From Vicugna vicugna (Eukaryota), in the NCBI GenBank assembly GCA_013265495.1, contig MU058213.1, positions 310,001-374,000 on the forward strand: a stretch of 64,000 bases of DNA. Reading direction: 5' to 3'. Both the position numbers and the translations under genes were made by a program. Below, piece by piece: positions 63,546-64,000 of the stretch. The notes under the pieces are model-generated. The model worked only from the letters and a program-made list of their open reading frames with translations, did not search any database and had not been told where the DNA came from. Position 1 is the stretch's first letter. The number at the start of each line of letters is the position of its first letter.

Positions 63546-64000
63546 AACTATTGTACCTAGGCATTGTGGTCTTCCTCAAACACTCTGAATTGACCATTTG
63601 ATTTCATAAAATTTTTAAAAAATAGTCTAATATTTGTTTGTCTTTTTGGTCAAATGAGTTACACATGCAGGCACAGGCACATCTGTTTGTAATCTGATCA
63701 CAAACTTGAGCAATTTGTTTTTAAATCGTTCAACATTTTATTACCATCCCAGATAGGTTCAGAACTACTAAGTGCTAGTCCTGATGGTCTAGGTTTACCC
63801 TAGGAGTCATTTTAAGTCCACCTGAGTATACAGAAAAGATTCTTGGAGAGAACGATATATGAGTGAATCCTCTCATACCCTGATAATCCTGGGACCACCT
63901 CAGAGGCATGTGGACTTACATTCCAGAAGGAAGGTGAAGGGGCTGAACTTTTGCAGGGGGCTTTTACACCTTTAGTAAACCTCCAAATGGGCTTGTGCCA

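Overview
Mammalian genomic DNA, most likely a camelid, because at least nine copies of a tRNA-derived vic-1-like SINE are present. The window holds two divergently oriented genes. On the minus strand is the first coding exon of DMXL2 (rabconnectin-3 alpha, 14506-14592) in a CpG island, with intron 1 running off the left edge. On the plus strand are coding exons 1-4 of SCG3 (secretogranin III, 60600-62267). The ~46 kb between them and DMXL2 intron 1 are mostly interspersed repeats: L1, L2, MIR, CR1, MaLR/ERVL/ERV1 LTRs, and hAT and TcMar DNA transposons. Almost all ORFs in the supplied track are spurious or repeat-derived. I found no prokaryotic-type features and cannot support a new multi-gene system. 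The most interesting observations are: a bipartite, wide-spacer RE1/REST motif beside CRE half-sites at the SCG3 promoter; two independent same-family solo LTRs next to the DMXL2 promoter carrying 32-bp repeats with PBX/PREP-type decamers; a three-layer nested insertion (Tc2-type transposase, L1, LTR); a TSD-flanked retrocopy of an unidentified mRNA 3' end inside an L1; a dense ERV1 LTR cluster; and a speculative minus-strand exon with a strong Kozak ATG. Gene and repeat family names come from recalled sequence recognition, not database searches, and repeat boundaries are approximate unless TSDs are given.
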